In this document: positions 35,070 through 43,643 of the stretch, in pieces
Layout: each line of letters starts with the position of its first letter
Position numbering within the stretch: position 1 is the first letter of the stretch
NCBI GenBank assembly: GCA_964396875.1
Contig: CAYNHK010000002.1
Coordinates: 1,015 to 65,014, forward strand
DNA length: 64,000 nt
Reading direction: 5' to 3'
Origin: an uncultured Acidobacteriota bacterium
Lineage (GTDB): Bacteria > Acidobacteriota > Vicinamibacteria > Fen-336 > JAGNNV01
Notes under the pieces: model-generated
Database searches by the model: none
The model's input: only the letters and a program-made list of their open reading frames with translations
Told to the model about the DNA's origin: nothing
Program-made: the position numbers and the translations under genes

Positions 35070-35735
35070 TCAGGAACGGACGCCCGTCCCCGGCGAGGAA
35101 GCCGCGGCGGTGAGCGAGAGAACCTCGGCAGGCGTCATGACGACATCGCCGAACTTACTGAAGTATCGCAACTGCCTTCGGTAGCAGCGGGGCGTTTCGA
35201 GGTCGAAGGCGACGCAGGATTCGATCGGCCGGGAATAGATGTGAACCGACACTACCGGCTCCTCTCCCACTACAGCCACGCGATGAATCGTGCGCACGCG
35301 GTCAATCGTGTTCACGTGCCCGTTGCGTCCGCATTGCTCAACACTTTCGCGAGTGAGGTCGAGTTCGGTGGCCCCGGCGAGGCAGTCGAGCCCATTCTGA
35401 TTCTGCCCCTCGGAAGCGTTGCACCCATTCCACTTGAAGTTAGTGACCTCGGCCACTCCGCGATTCACCATCATCCAGCCGAGTTGTCCGTTGTGGGTGT
35501 GCAGAACGGTCTTCTGGCCCTTCTGCCAGCACACCGCCATCACTTCGAACAGATCGTTCCGGTAGATCAGGTTCCTCGTGTACATCGAATCGTGCCAGTG
35601 CACGTACTTCGACAGGGACGCATCATCGATATCCGTGTCCGAGCAGATATCGAGAACGGCGGCGCTGGTGAGCGTCTCCGGGTTGAACCCCTTGAGGATC
35701 TCCACGAATTCGTCGACGCGGCGTGTGCGGGGCAT
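35070..35735 (-). CDS. Cysteine-dioxygenase-type-I-like cupin
   Basis: The pattern YTRNLIYRNDLFEVMAVCWQKGQKTVLHTHNGQLGWMMV fits the CDO/3-mercaptopropionate dioxygenase cupin core (His ligands in HxH). A later H (VSVHIYS) is present. Confidence 0.65.
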   Translation of the reverse strand: MPRTRRVDEFVEILKGFNPETLTSAAVLDICSDTDIDDASLSKYVHWHDSMYTRNLIYRNDLFEVMAVCWQKGQKTVLHTHNGQLGWMMVNRGVAEVTNFKWNGCNASEGQNQNGLDCLAGATELDLTRESVEQCGRNGHVNTIDRVRTIHRVAVVGEEPVVSVHIYSRPIESCVAFDLETPRCYRRQLRYFSKFGDVVMTPAEVLSLTAAASSPGTGVRS

Positions 35736-35754
35736 GCCTGGACCTCGAGACCGG

Positions 35755-36216
35755 TCAGCCGATGAACATGTGCTCGTCGGAGTCTTCGGTCCGGCGAGCC
35801 GGAGGCGGACCCTGGCGTCGTCGCGGCTCCGAGCCGCGGTAGGTCTCGAAGCCTCGCCGCAGGCCTCCCCAGAATGCGGACAGGTCGCTCAGCGTTGCGA
35901 TGGGCTTCGCCACCAGCGCCCGGACGTTTTCGAGGGTGGTCTCCACGTTCTCGAGGGTAGTGGCGAGCAAGGCCTCCACGCGCGCGGCCTGCTCGCGGCC
36001 GGCATCCGAGATCGCGCGTAGGTTGGCTGCACCCTGCCGGAGATCCTGAAGGGCGGGGCGAATCTCGGTATCGAACTTCCGCGCGATGTCCTCCACCTTC
36101 TCGCCCGTGCGTCGGAGGCTCAGCGCCGCATATACGACGAAGGCGCACTGCACCATGGCGGTCAGCGCCATTATTCCCAGGAAGACGACGGCCCACTCAT
36201 TCATCGATCCCTGCAC
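35755..36216 (-). CDS. DUF948-like membrane-anchored coiled-coil protein
   Basis: There is a single N-terminal TM helix (WAVVFLGIMALTAMVQCAFVVYAAL). Repetitive helical segments follow (LENVETTLENVRALV). The start is GTG at 36216, or ATG at 36204. Confidence 0.55.
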   Translation of the reverse strand: MQGSMNEWAVVFLGIMALTAMVQCAFVVYAALSLRRTGEKVEDIARKFDTEIRPALQDLRQGAANLRAISDAGREQAARVEALLATTLENVETTLENVRALVAKPIATLSDLSAFWGGLRRGFETYRGSEPRRRQGPPPARRTEDSDEHMFIG

Positions 36217-36261
36217 CTCTCCCCACTTGATCGGTCCGTGCCCTGTGCCGCGTGCGCGACG

Positions 36262-36564
36262 CTAACTGCGATCGCGAGCGTCGCGATAAGCCTGTTGCCC
36301 GGCGTCGATCGCGGAGCCCAGGCGCTCCTTTCGCTCCTCGATGAAGTCAACCGCTTCCTCGCGGAGACGCTGCGAACGGTTGACCACCTCATCTTTGAGA
36401 TGACGACCCTTGTCGACACCTTCCTTGACGCGATCGGCGATCATCTCGCGGGTTTCACGGCCCGCCCTTGGCGCGAAGAGGATGGCGAGCGCCGCGCCCG
36501 CGAGGCCTCCCACCACGAAGGAGAGCAGAACGCCGGATGTGGAAGAGTTTTCTTGGTTGGACAT
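36262..36564 (-). CDS. YtxH-domain protein
   Basis: The 100-aa protein starts at the ATG at 36564. The motif GVLLSFVVGGLAGAALAILFAPRAGRETRE is the YtxH hallmark. The remaining upstream part of track ORF 36262..37539 is antisense to real genes and is rejected. Confidence 0.8.
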   Translation of the reverse strand: MSNQENSSTSGVLLSFVVGGLAGAALAILFAPRAGRETREMIADRVKEGVDKGRHLKDEVVNRSQRLREEAVDFIEERKERLGSAIDAGQQAYRDARDRS

Positions 36565-36657
36565 GAGCGCCTCCAGGCAGTTGGTTTCAACCGAATTGGA
36601 GTTTAGCTCCGCCAGGTCGAACCGCGAAGACGCAAGACGAATAAGATCGCGCCCCTT

Positions 36658-37359
36658 ATGTCGCCCCGAAACCGTTCTCTTCGACTTCTCGGCGTCATCG
36701 TGCTGGTAGGGGTCGCCTTTTCCGCGCCTTCGGCCGGGTTCACCCGCACCACGATCGTGGACCTGCCGATGTGGCGCGTGGAACCCGCCCCCGATGGGTC
36801 GGAGCGGCGGGTCATTCAACTGCCCTACGAGCAGGCGTCGTACGAGATGTCGACCCATGCGCTTCTCCGTCGCGTCGTCGATCGCAACCAGGATGGAGTG
36901 TCGGATCGGATCGTCACCTACGAGGGATTCGGCGGCGCCCGGGTCGAGGAAATCGACACCGACTTCAACGGGACGGTGGACCGCTGGGACACCTTCGGAG
37001 CCGAGGGGCAGCGCCTTCGGTCCGCCACCGCGCGCATCGGCGACCGGCCGGACCGGATCGCCACGTACGACCGCACCGGACTCCTCCGCGGCGTGGAGAC
37101 GGACTCCGACCTGGACGGGAACTTCGAGCACGTTCAGGTCTACGAGAAGGGCACCCTCGCGGAAGCCCGGATCGACACCGACAACAACGGGCGCATCGAC
37201 CGCATCCGGGACTATCGGCCCGGGTACCTTGCCGCGGAGGACTTCGACACCAACGAGGACGGATCGCCGGACCTGCGGATGACCTATGCAAAGGGCGGAG
37301 GCCTCGTCAAGGTCACCGTGCTTGGGAAAACGCAGACGCCGAGGGAGTCTGCGCGTTGA
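36658..37359 (+). CDS. Exported protein with DxDxDG-type repeats, module copy B
   Basis: A signal peptide is present (LRLLGVIVLVGVAFSAPSAG). The repeats are DRNQDGVSDRIVTY, DTDFNGTVDRWDTF, DSDLDGNFEHVQVY, DTDNNGRIDRIRDY and DTNEDGSPDLRMTY. The shared C-terminal pattern (PGYLA.E..D...DG..D.R........) shows paralogy with 27441..28088. Confidence 0.7.
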   Translation: MSPRNRSLRLLGVIVLVGVAFSAPSAGFTRTTIVDLPMWRVEPAPDGSERRVIQLPYEQASYEMSTHALLRRVVDRNQDGVSDRIVTYEGFGGARVEEIDTDFNGTVDRWDTFGAEGQRLRSATARIGDRPDRIATYDRTGLLRGVETDSDLDGNFEHVQVYEKGTLAEARIDTDNNGRIDRIRDYRPGYLAAEDFDTNEDGSPDLRMTYAKGGGLVKVTVLGKTQTPRESAR

Positions 37360-38720
37360 CTCCACCGGCGGAACGGGTCGCGGAACTGAGCGCCGGGCTG
37401 GCCATGGCGAGCGTCTTGCTCGCGCCGTTCGCGTTCGGCGCGTCGACGCTTGGGGTGTGGGTGCCGCTTTCCATGTTCTGGATCGTCCTGGGCCTTCTGA
37501 CCACCGCGACTCGGGTCTGGTACCCGGCGCCGGGATCACCGGACGGGTTCGACCCCGCGCCCAAGCTCATGATCGCCCTTCACGGCCTCTTCGCGATTCA
37601 GTCGGTGGCCCTTCCCCAAGCTGTGCTCCGCGCGATCTCCCCCGGTTCTTTTGCCGCCCACTTTCTTCCCTCGGGCGACGCGCTCCTGGCGCCTTTGACC
37701 GCGAGCCCGACGGGTACAGCGCAGGCGTGGCTCTTTCTCGGCGCGCTCCACGGCCTCGCCGTCGCCATCTTCAGCGCTCCTCGGCCGGTGCAGCTGCGCA
37801 GACTCAACGCCCTGTTCGCCGGGATGGCCGCGGTGTCGGGGATCCTGGCGATCGAGGGTCTTGTTCAATCCGCCTCCGCTCATCCGCATCGCCTCTACGG
37901 GATCATCGAGGTCCCCGGCGCGGCGGACCATGAGCGCGGCATCTTCGGGCCCTATTACAACCGGGATCACTATTCGAATCTGATGGCGATGGGGGGGGCG
38001 GTGGCCGCCGCTCTCATCGGCCGAGCAATTCGCGCGGGATCTTTCAGAAGTGTGGCGGCATTCGCTGGCTCGCCACAGTTTGCCGCCAATCTCGCGCTGC
38101 TCGGCGCTCTCAGCCTGATTGTTGTCGCGAGCGCGGCGGCGGGATCCCGGGGCGGGCTGATTGCGCTGGCCGTGGGTCTGCTCGTGGGCCTTGGCCCCGA
38201 GCTTCTCGCGCGGCCGAGGCTCGCGTTTGTTTCGCTGGCCCTCGCTCTTGTCATCCTCTTCGGGGCCTCCATCCCCTCAACCTTCCTTCGAATGGCCGAC
38301 GTGGACTTCGAGGCCAGTCGTCTGATGGTCTGGCGGGACATGCTCCGCGTGGTCTCCTTCTTCCCCATCTTCGGCTGCGGCCTCGGCGCCTTCGCGGTGG
38401 CCTACTGGCCTTATCAGCGCGTGGTCCGATTCGAATACTGGCCGCACGCTCACAACGAATACCTGCAATGGCTGCTAGAGACCGGGCTGGCGGGGTTCGT
38501 CCTCGCCCTCTACTTCTTGCGGCGGGTCTGGATTGCCGCGCCCTCATTGGCCCGGAGTCTCGAGACGCGTCCCGCGCTCGCCGGGCTGGCGGCGATGCTG
38601 ACCCACGCCGTCGTCGATCTCGTCCTGCGCGTGCCCGCAAACGCCGCGTGGGCGGCCCTTTTTCTTGCGGGCGCGACGCTCGCTGCACCAGAATCGCGGG
38701 GTCCAACGCCCCGGGCCTAA
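37356..38720 (+). CDS. O-antigen-ligase-family (Wzy_C) polytopic membrane protein, module copy B
   Basis: It is a paralogue of 28101..29405 (FFPIFGCGLGAFAVAYWPYQR...WPHAHNEYLQWLLETGLAGFVLALYFL). Similarity to copy A extends upstream of the ATG at 37404. This favours the TTG at 37356, which overlaps the upstream stop (TTGA). Confidence 0.7.
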   Translation: MTPPAERVAELSAGLAMASVLLAPFAFGASTLGVWVPLSMFWIVLGLLTTATRVWYPAPGSPDGFDPAPKLMIALHGLFAIQSVALPQAVLRAISPGSFAAHFLPSGDALLAPLTASPTGTAQAWLFLGALHGLAVAIFSAPRPVQLRRLNALFAGMAAVSGILAIEGLVQSASAHPHRLYGIIEVPGAADHERGIFGPYYNRDHYSNLMAMGGAVAAALIGRAIRAGSFRSVAAFAGSPQFAANLALLGALSLIVVASAAAGSRGGLIALAVGLLVGLGPELLARPRLAFVSLALALVILFGASIPSTFLRMADVDFEASRLMVWRDMLRVVSFFPIFGCGLGAFAVAYWPYQRVVRFEYWPHAHNEYLQWLLETGLAGFVLALYFLRRVWIAAPSLARSLETRPALAGLAAMLTHAVVDLVLRVPANAAWAALFLAGATLAAPESRGPTPRA

Positions 38721-38735
38721 CAAGCCGACTGGAAC

Positions 38736-40391
38736 CTACCTTCGGATGGTAAAGGGTGTCGGCGTTGGGGTGGGTGTCGGCGTGGGAGTTGGTGTCGGTG
38801 TCGGTGTCGGTGTCGGAGTTGGACTCGGCGAGGGGAACGGCGTTGGGCTCGGCGACGGGGTTGGAGAAGGCGACGGGAAGGGCGTCGGACTAGGCGACGG
38901 GAAGGGAGTTGGGCTCGGCGACGGGAACGGGGTTGGAGAAGGGGTCGGGGTCGGCCCCGGCCCGCAGGAGCCACCCGGGCACCCGCATTGAAGCGTTACG
39001 GTGGTGTTCGAGGCCAACAGCGGACTGAGAATGCAAGGGGTGCCCACCGCGTTGCCACTGCAGCCCCCGCTCCAACCCGCAAGCACCTCGTTTCCGGTGA
39101 AGGACGCGGGAGGACCGAGGATCGCGGTGATCTGAACAGTATCGCTGCACGAAACCGTGAACACGCCAGTGGAGGTCACGAGGCCCGCAGCGCCGCCGCT
39201 TACCGAAGCCTTGCACGGGTTGAACACGCCACCGGGGGGATTCACGGAGACCTGAAGCTGGCACAACGCAGCAGGCGTTGGCGTCGGGATGGGCGTCGGA
39301 GTTGGAGGCACCGGCGTCGGCGGAATCGGGGTCGCCGTCGGTGTGGGCACCGGAGTCGGCGTTGGTGTGGCGGGCGGCGGCGGGACAGGAGTGGGCGTTG
39401 GAGCTGGGGTGGGAGTGGGGTCGTCGTTCACAACCTCCGTAACGATCAGCGGCGCCAGGCCTGCACCGGCGCTGACCAGCGGACCAACGAGATTCAGCCC
39501 GAGATTGGCGAAGCCCGCAGGCGCCCCGGCGAGACCGCCGCTGCCGAGGACGGCCAGACCCTGGGTTGGCGCTCCTGCGGGAGCAGAGAAGGCGCCGCCC
39601 TTGCACGCCTCGCCACCACTAAGGACCCTCGTTACGATTTCGCGGGTTCGCGACTCGGTGAAATCGGCGAGCGTGATCTGAATGTAGTAGGTGACCTCGA
39701 CGATGCCGGACCCTTCCTTGATCTTCGGGAGGAAAGCGCGGTGCGTCGGAGGAACACCAGGATCAATCGGTTCCGGTTCGTTGAAATTCGCCCAGCGGCG
39801 CCTTATGTCATCGCCCTCGGTGGTGGCTCCCGGATTGCCTGGATCAGGCGCCATCTTCCACTTGTACCGCGGGAAATCACCGGAGAGCGTCTGGAATTCC
39901 GTATAGAACCACTCGTCGCTCAGGTTCGATTTGAAGTACAGACGCGCGCTGACCACCGAGCCGGCAGGCTGGAAGGTGGTATCGAAGACGGGAAACTCGT
40001 TCTGGGCGACGCAGCCGATCGGGTTGTGGAAGATGGATGTGCCGCCTTCCTGCACGAGGGCGCGCGCCATTTCGATGTTCGCGGACGCGAAGCGCCCGGC
40101 GCTCACCTGAATAAGAACCGGCGCCTTGCCGATCGCCAGACCTCTTACCCCCGAGCTCGAAACGACGTAGGACCCGTTGGGCAAGGACAAGGAGTAGGAC
40201 CCGTCCCGAGCCGTTCGCGCCGTGTACGACTGACCGGTGGCGACGTTGACGAGGGTGAGGGGAATTCCCTCAACCGCCTGAAGGTTGATGAGGACCCGGC
40301 CCTTGACTCCGCCCTGGGTGGCCCCGAGCAGCACCTGGGCCGACAACAGTCCGACGGCAAGAAATGCCGCGACGGTGACTTTGTATCTCAT
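38736..40391 (-). CDS. Secreted multi-domain protein, module copy B, with internal PT-rich linker and long C-terminal PS/PT repeat tail
   Basis: The ATG at 40391 gives [19 protein letters not shown]. It has the same architecture as 29520..30791, with shared blocks [27 protein letters not shown] and [16 protein letters not shown] 50-aa P/T/V linker is present. The InlB-B-repeat-like domain contains GWSGGCSG. The tail carries repeats of PSPSPTPF followed by (PT)n. Confidence 0.75.
   Translation of the reverse strand: MRYKVTVAAFLAVGLLSAQVLLGATQGGVKGRVLINLQAVEGIPLTLVNVATGQSYTARTARDGSYSLSLPNGSYVVSSSGVRGLAIGKAPVLIQVSAGRFASANIEMARALVQEGGTSIFHNPIGCVAQNEFPVFDTTFQPAGSVVSARLYFKSNLSDEWFYTEFQTLSGDFPRYKWKMAPDPGNPGATTEGDDIRRRWANFNEPEPIDPGVPPTHRAFLPKIKEGSGIVEVTYYIQITLADFTESRTREIVTRVLSGGEACKGGAFSAPAGAPTQGLAVLGSGGLAGAPAGFANLGLNLVGPLVSAGAGLAPLIVTEVVNDDPTPTPAPTPTPVPPPPATPTPTPVPTPTATPIPPTPVPPTPTPIPTPTPAALCQLQVSVNPPGGVFNPCKASVSGGAAGLVTSTGVFTVSCSDTVQITAILGPPASFTGNEVLAGWSGGCSGNAVGTPCILSPLLASNTTVTLQCGCPGGSCGPGPTPTPSPTPFPSPSPTPFPSPSPTPFPSPSPTPSPSPTPFPSPSPTPTPTPTPTPTPTPTPTPTPTPFTIRR
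38754..38957 (-). repeat. Coding tandem repeat (about 24-nt PSPSPTPF units followed by a 6-nt PT run)
   Basis: On the plus strand the sequence reads as GGTGTCGG / GGCGACGGGAAGGG-type repeats. It translates to PTPFPSPS x4-5 and then [20 protein letters not shown]. Coordinates are approximate. Confidence 0.8.
39270..39422 (-). repeat. Coding low-complexity repeat (Pro/Thr/Val linker)
   Basis: It encodes [50 protein letters not shown]. Coordinates are approximate. Confidence 0.75.
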
Positions 40392-40479
40392 CGACCTGAA
40401 CCTCCCTCTTTCCAAACGACGATCTCAACGATCCCCGGATTCTAGCCTCAGTTTCAACCGCCGGGTCAACCTCGCCGGG

Positions 40480-40902
40480 CTACAGCTCCTTGAGCGCCTC
40501 GAGGGCCTTATTGAACCGGCCCGCGTGCGAGCGCTCCGCCTTCGCGAGGGTCTCGAACCACTCGGCGATCTCCAGGAAGCCCTCTTCGCGGGCGATCTTC
40601 GCCATGGCCGGATACATCTGCGTGTACTCGTACGTCTCGCTCTCCACGGCCGCCCTCAGATTCTCCCTTGTGCCGCCGATCGGGAGTTGAGTGGCCGGAT
40701 CTCCCACCTTGCGGAGGAAATCGAGGTGACCGAACGCGTGTCCCGTCTCCGCCTCCGAGGTGTCACGAAAGAGGCCGCCCACTTCCGGATACCCTTCTAT
40801 GTCCGCCACGCGGGCGAAGTAGAGATAGCGCCGGTTCGCCTGACTCTCGGCGGCGAACGCCTCCTTGAGGTTCTGGTGCGTCTTCGAATCCTTGAGGTCC
40901 AT
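40480..40902 (-). CDS. Rubrerythrin-family diiron protein (ferritin-like domain only, no rubredoxin domain)
   Basis: From the ATG at 40902 the sequence reads [22 protein letters not shown]...[11 protein letters not shown]...[11 protein letters not shown]...[11 protein letters not shown]. This shows the ExxH diiron motifs. The protein is only 140 aa, with no CxxC pairs. Confidence 0.85.
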   Translation of the reverse strand: MDLKDSKTHQNLKEAFAAESQANRRYLYFARVADIEGYPEVGGLFRDTSEAETGHAFGHLDFLRKVGDPATQLPIGGTRENLRAAVESETYEYTQMYPAMAKIAREEGFLEIAEWFETLAKAERSHAGRFNKALEALKEL

Positions 40903-40976
40903 GTTTCCATCCTTGAAAGTGCTTCGGTCTCTGCGCCCGGTTCGTTCGCCGCCCTGATTCTCGCCCAGATCACGAA

Positions 40977-41360
40977 ATGAGAGGCGATAATCCGGGAATG
41001 GCAACCGCTCTGGCGTGCATGGATGACCTCATGTTCCTCTCGAAAATCATGGAGGCCACGAAGGCGCTCTCGATCCCCCTCCGTTCGTTGAAGACGGCCG
41101 AGAAGCTGGTCGCCGCCTGCAGGGAGGACGTCGATGCGATTGTCTTTCTGGACCTCGACGACCAGCGGCTCGACGCCATCGCCCTGGCGAACGCGATAAG
41201 GTCCGCGGAGCCAAAAGTGCCGGCGACCATCTACGCCTTCGTGTCCCATGTCCACGAGGACCGTATCCAGGCCGCCGGCGCCGGTCTCTTCGACCAGATC
41301 TTCTCGAGAGGACAGTTCGTCCGGGTCCTGCCCGAACTCCTCGGCGCTCCTAGGCCCTAG
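40977..41360 (+). CDS. Stand-alone receiver-like (CheY-fold) protein, atypical
   Basis: The pattern LACMDDLMFLSKI...VDAIVFLDLDD...IYAFVSHV...AGAGLFDQIFSRGQF parallels receiver beta-strands and the acidic pocket. The conserved Lys-Pro is absent. Start is the ATG at 40977 or 40998. Confidence 0.45.
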   Translation: MRGDNPGMATALACMDDLMFLSKIMEATKALSIPLRSLKTAEKLVAACREDVDAIVFLDLDDQRLDAIALANAIRSAEPKVPATIYAFVSHVHEDRIQAAGAGLFDQIFSRGQFVRVLPELLGAPRP

Positions 41361-41386
41361 CACAGGCCGATCTGCCGCGCAGACTC

Positions 41387-41824
41387 CTAGGACGGTTTGC
41401 GGGGCTCTCCCATCAGTACGAAGAATTCGACCTGGACCTTCTCATCGTCCTCGGCGGAGAGTTCCCGCTCGACCGCCGCCGAATCGAACGTGGTGATGGC
41501 CTCGATGAAACTCTGGAGGTCGCTTTGGACCAGCACATCCGCCCGCGTCCAGACGACCGCGGCCGGCATCTTCACCTTGTCGAGGAAATCAGCGAAAGCG
41601 TCTATGAAAGAGTCCCAGGTGTTTCCGAACCTCGGGGAGAACTCGAAAGCGGTGGCCGCGGCGGCGAGGAACGTGATCTTGTCCCTGGCCCGGTCCCCCT
41701 CGAGCATGTGGAGAGAGAATCCGGCCCCTTTGAGCTTTTGCACCACCTCCGCCGCTTTGGCGGTCTCAACGACATGAATCGACCGTCCCCGAAGTCCCGG
41801 CAGCAGCTTCCCCAGATCAATCAC
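41387..41824 (-). CDS. Barstar-like (barnase-inhibitor family) protein
   Basis: The core motif FEFSPRFGNTWDSFIDAFADFL parallels barstar FPEYYGENLDALWDCL. It is preceded by L..LEG........FL. The start is GTG. No RNase gene is adjacent. Confidence 0.6.
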   Translation of the reverse strand: MIDLGKLLPGLRGRSIHVVETAKAAEVVQKLKGAGFSLHMLEGDRARDKITFLAAAATAFEFSPRFGNTWDSFIDAFADFLDKVKMPAAVVWTRADVLVQSDLQSFIEAITTFDSAAVERELSAEDDEKVQVEFFVLMGEPRKPS

Positions 41825-41900
41825 TTTCTCTCACCTCAATCGCGGTGAGTCTAAACTCACCCACCTTGGCCGGGCGCATCCCGCGCCGGAGGAGCCTCGA

Positions 41901-42674
41901 ATGTCCGAACCCAATGTCCTTCTCTCGATCGAAGGACCCCTCGCGATTCTCACCGTCAATCGGCCGGAGAAGCGCAATGCGCTCGACCTCCGCACCGTCG
42001 AGGAGTTCCACGGCGCGCTGGCCGAGATCGCCAACGCCCGCTGCACCGTTTTCGTGGTGACCGGCGCGGGCGAGAAGTCCTTCGTCGCCGGGGCCGACAT
42101 CAACGCGATCAAGGCGCGGAAGCGAAACGATGCGCTCGCCGGAATCAACTCGCGGCTCATGTCCGCGGTTGAGAGTCACGAGGCCATCGCGATCGCCGCG
42201 GTGAACGGCTACGCCATGGGAGGAGGCTGCGAGCTCGCCCTCGCCTGCGACCTCCGGATCGCTTCCGAAAACGCCACCTTCGGCCTGCCTGAGCCCACGC
42301 TCGGGATCATTCCCGCGGCGGGCGGCACGCAACGCCTTCCTCGCGTTGTCGGCCTCGGGCGGGCAAAGGAGATGATCCTCACGGGCGCCACGTGGGATGC
42401 CCGAAAGGCGCTCGACTTCGGCCTCGTGAGCCAGGTGGTTCCCCACTCCGAGTTGATGGGCGCAGCCCGGGCCATGGCGGGTCGAGTGATCTCCCTCGGC
42501 CCGCTTGCCGTCCGCCTCGCGAAGCAGGCGCTGAACGCCTCGGCGAACATGCCGCTTCACGCCGGACTTGCCTTCGAATCCATGATCCAGGCCGTGACCT
42601 ACGAGTCCAGGGACAAGTTCGAGGGCGCTTCCGCGTTCCTGGAGAAGCGTTCCCCGAAATTCACCGGGGACTAG
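41901..42674 (+). CDS. Enoyl-CoA hydratase/isomerase (crotonase) family
   Basis: Motifs present are LTVNRPEKRNAL, FVAGADI, AAVNGYAMGGGCELALACDLRIAS and FGLPE..LGIIP..GGTQRL. Confidence 0.95.
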   Translation: MSEPNVLLSIEGPLAILTVNRPEKRNALDLRTVEEFHGALAEIANARCTVFVVTGAGEKSFVAGADINAIKARKRNDALAGINSRLMSAVESHEAIAIAAVNGYAMGGGCELALACDLRIASENATFGLPEPTLGIIPAAGGTQRLPRVVGLGRAKEMILTGATWDARKALDFGLVSQVVPHSELMGAARAMAGRVISLGPLAVRLAKQALNASANMPLHAGLAFESMIQAVTYESRDKFEGASAFLEKRSPKFTGD

Positions 42675-42707
42675 CAGACCGCGCGCTCTATCCGGGCGTC
42701 GAAGGGA

Positions 42708-43643
42708 CTAGATCTTTCGCAACTGCACAAAAGCGATCCGGTGGTCGGCGGCCTTCTCGAGGATGAGCTGGGCCCGTTCCCGCGTGGGCAGAACGTTCTC
42801 ATGAAGGTTGAGTCCGTTGATCTCGCGCCAGATCCGCCTCGCCTCGGCCACCGCGGCCTCATCGCTCAGGGAGGCATACTTGTGAAAGTACGACGCGGGA
42901 TCGCGAAAGACGCTGGCACGCAGGGAGAGGAAGCGTTCGACGTACCAGCGCTCGATGTCCCGCTCGTCCGCGTCGATGTACACCGAAAAGTCGAAGAAGT
43001 CCGACACGAACGAGCGCGCGGGTTTGCCCGCCACCTGCGCCGCCGTCTGCAGAACGTTGAGCCCCTCGACGATCAGGATGTTCGGGGCGGTTACGGTTTG
43101 CACGCGATCGGGCAGGATGTCGTAAGCCACATGCGAATAGAGCGGCGCCTCGACATGCGGCTCGCCCGACTTGACCGCGACCATGAACTCGATCAGCCGC
43201 TTCACGTCATAGCTCTCTGGAAACCCCTTGCGCGCCATGATGCCCCGTTCGACCAGCACCTTGTTCGGGAAGATGAAGCCATCGGTGGTCACGAGATCGA
43301 CCTTGGGATGATCCGGCCAGCGCGCGAGCAGCGCTCGAAGGACACGCGCGGTGGTGCTCTTCCCTACCGCCACGCTTCCGGCCAGGCCGATGATGAATGG
43401 GACATGGCCGGCGGTATTTCCGAGAAACGTGTCCGTCACGACTCCCAGTTGCTGTGAGGCCGCGACGTAGAGATTCAGGAGGCGCGACAGGGGCAGATAG
43501 ATATCGCGCACCTCGTCGAGATCCAGTCGCTCGTTCAAACCGCGCAGCGCCTGGAGATCGGTCTCGTTCAGAGTAAGGGGCGTCTTCCCGCGGAGCGGCG
43601 CCCACTCGTCCCGCGTGAACGACAGATAGTGCGAGAGAGTCAT
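42708..43643 (-). CDS. coaA: Type I pantothenate kinase
   Basis: From the ATG at 43643 the sequence reads [12 protein letters not shown]....[23 protein letters not shown]. The P-loop is [17 protein letters not shown]. Further motifs are LVTTDGF..PN and FPESYD, with an E. coli CoaA-like tail. Confidence 0.9.
   Translation of the reverse strand: MTLSHYLSFTRDEWAPLRGKTPLTLNETDLQALRGLNERLDLDEVRDIYLPLSRLLNLYVAASQQLGVVTDTFLGNTAGHVPFIIGLAGSVAVGKSTTARVLRALLARWPDHPKVDLVTTDGFIFPNKVLVERGIMARKGFPESYDVKRLIEFMVAVKSGEPHVEAPLYSHVAYDILPDRVQTVTAPNILIVEGLNVLQTAAQVAGKPARSFVSDFFDFSVYIDADERDIERWYVERFLSLRASVFRDPASYFHKYASLSDEAAVAEARRIWREINGLNLHENVLPTRERAQLILEKAADHRIAFVQLRKI

Noticed and set aside
34162-35735. The XdhC and CDO-like cupin considered as part of the envelope module.
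   Set aside because: No molybdoenzyme large subunit or sulfur-metabolism partner is adjacent. There is no sequence-level link to the module. They are most simply unrelated genes inserted between the module copies.
36565-37539. The upstream part of the 425-aa track ORF 36262..37539.
   Set aside because: It is antisense to the repeat-protein and ligase-like genes and is low-complexity. Only the YtxH portion from the ATG at 36564 is credible.
38665-38991. A plus-strand ORF encoding a (GV)n / GLGDG repeat protein.
   Set aside because: It is the antisense reading of the PS/PT tandem repeat at the 3' end of the well-supported minus-strand gene 38736..40391.
38754-39422. Short tandem DNA repeats considered as a possible CRISPR-like array.
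   Set aside because: The units are 6-24 nt and contiguous, with no unique spacers. They lie entirely inside a CDS and encode Pro/Thr/Ser linkers. No cas genes are present.
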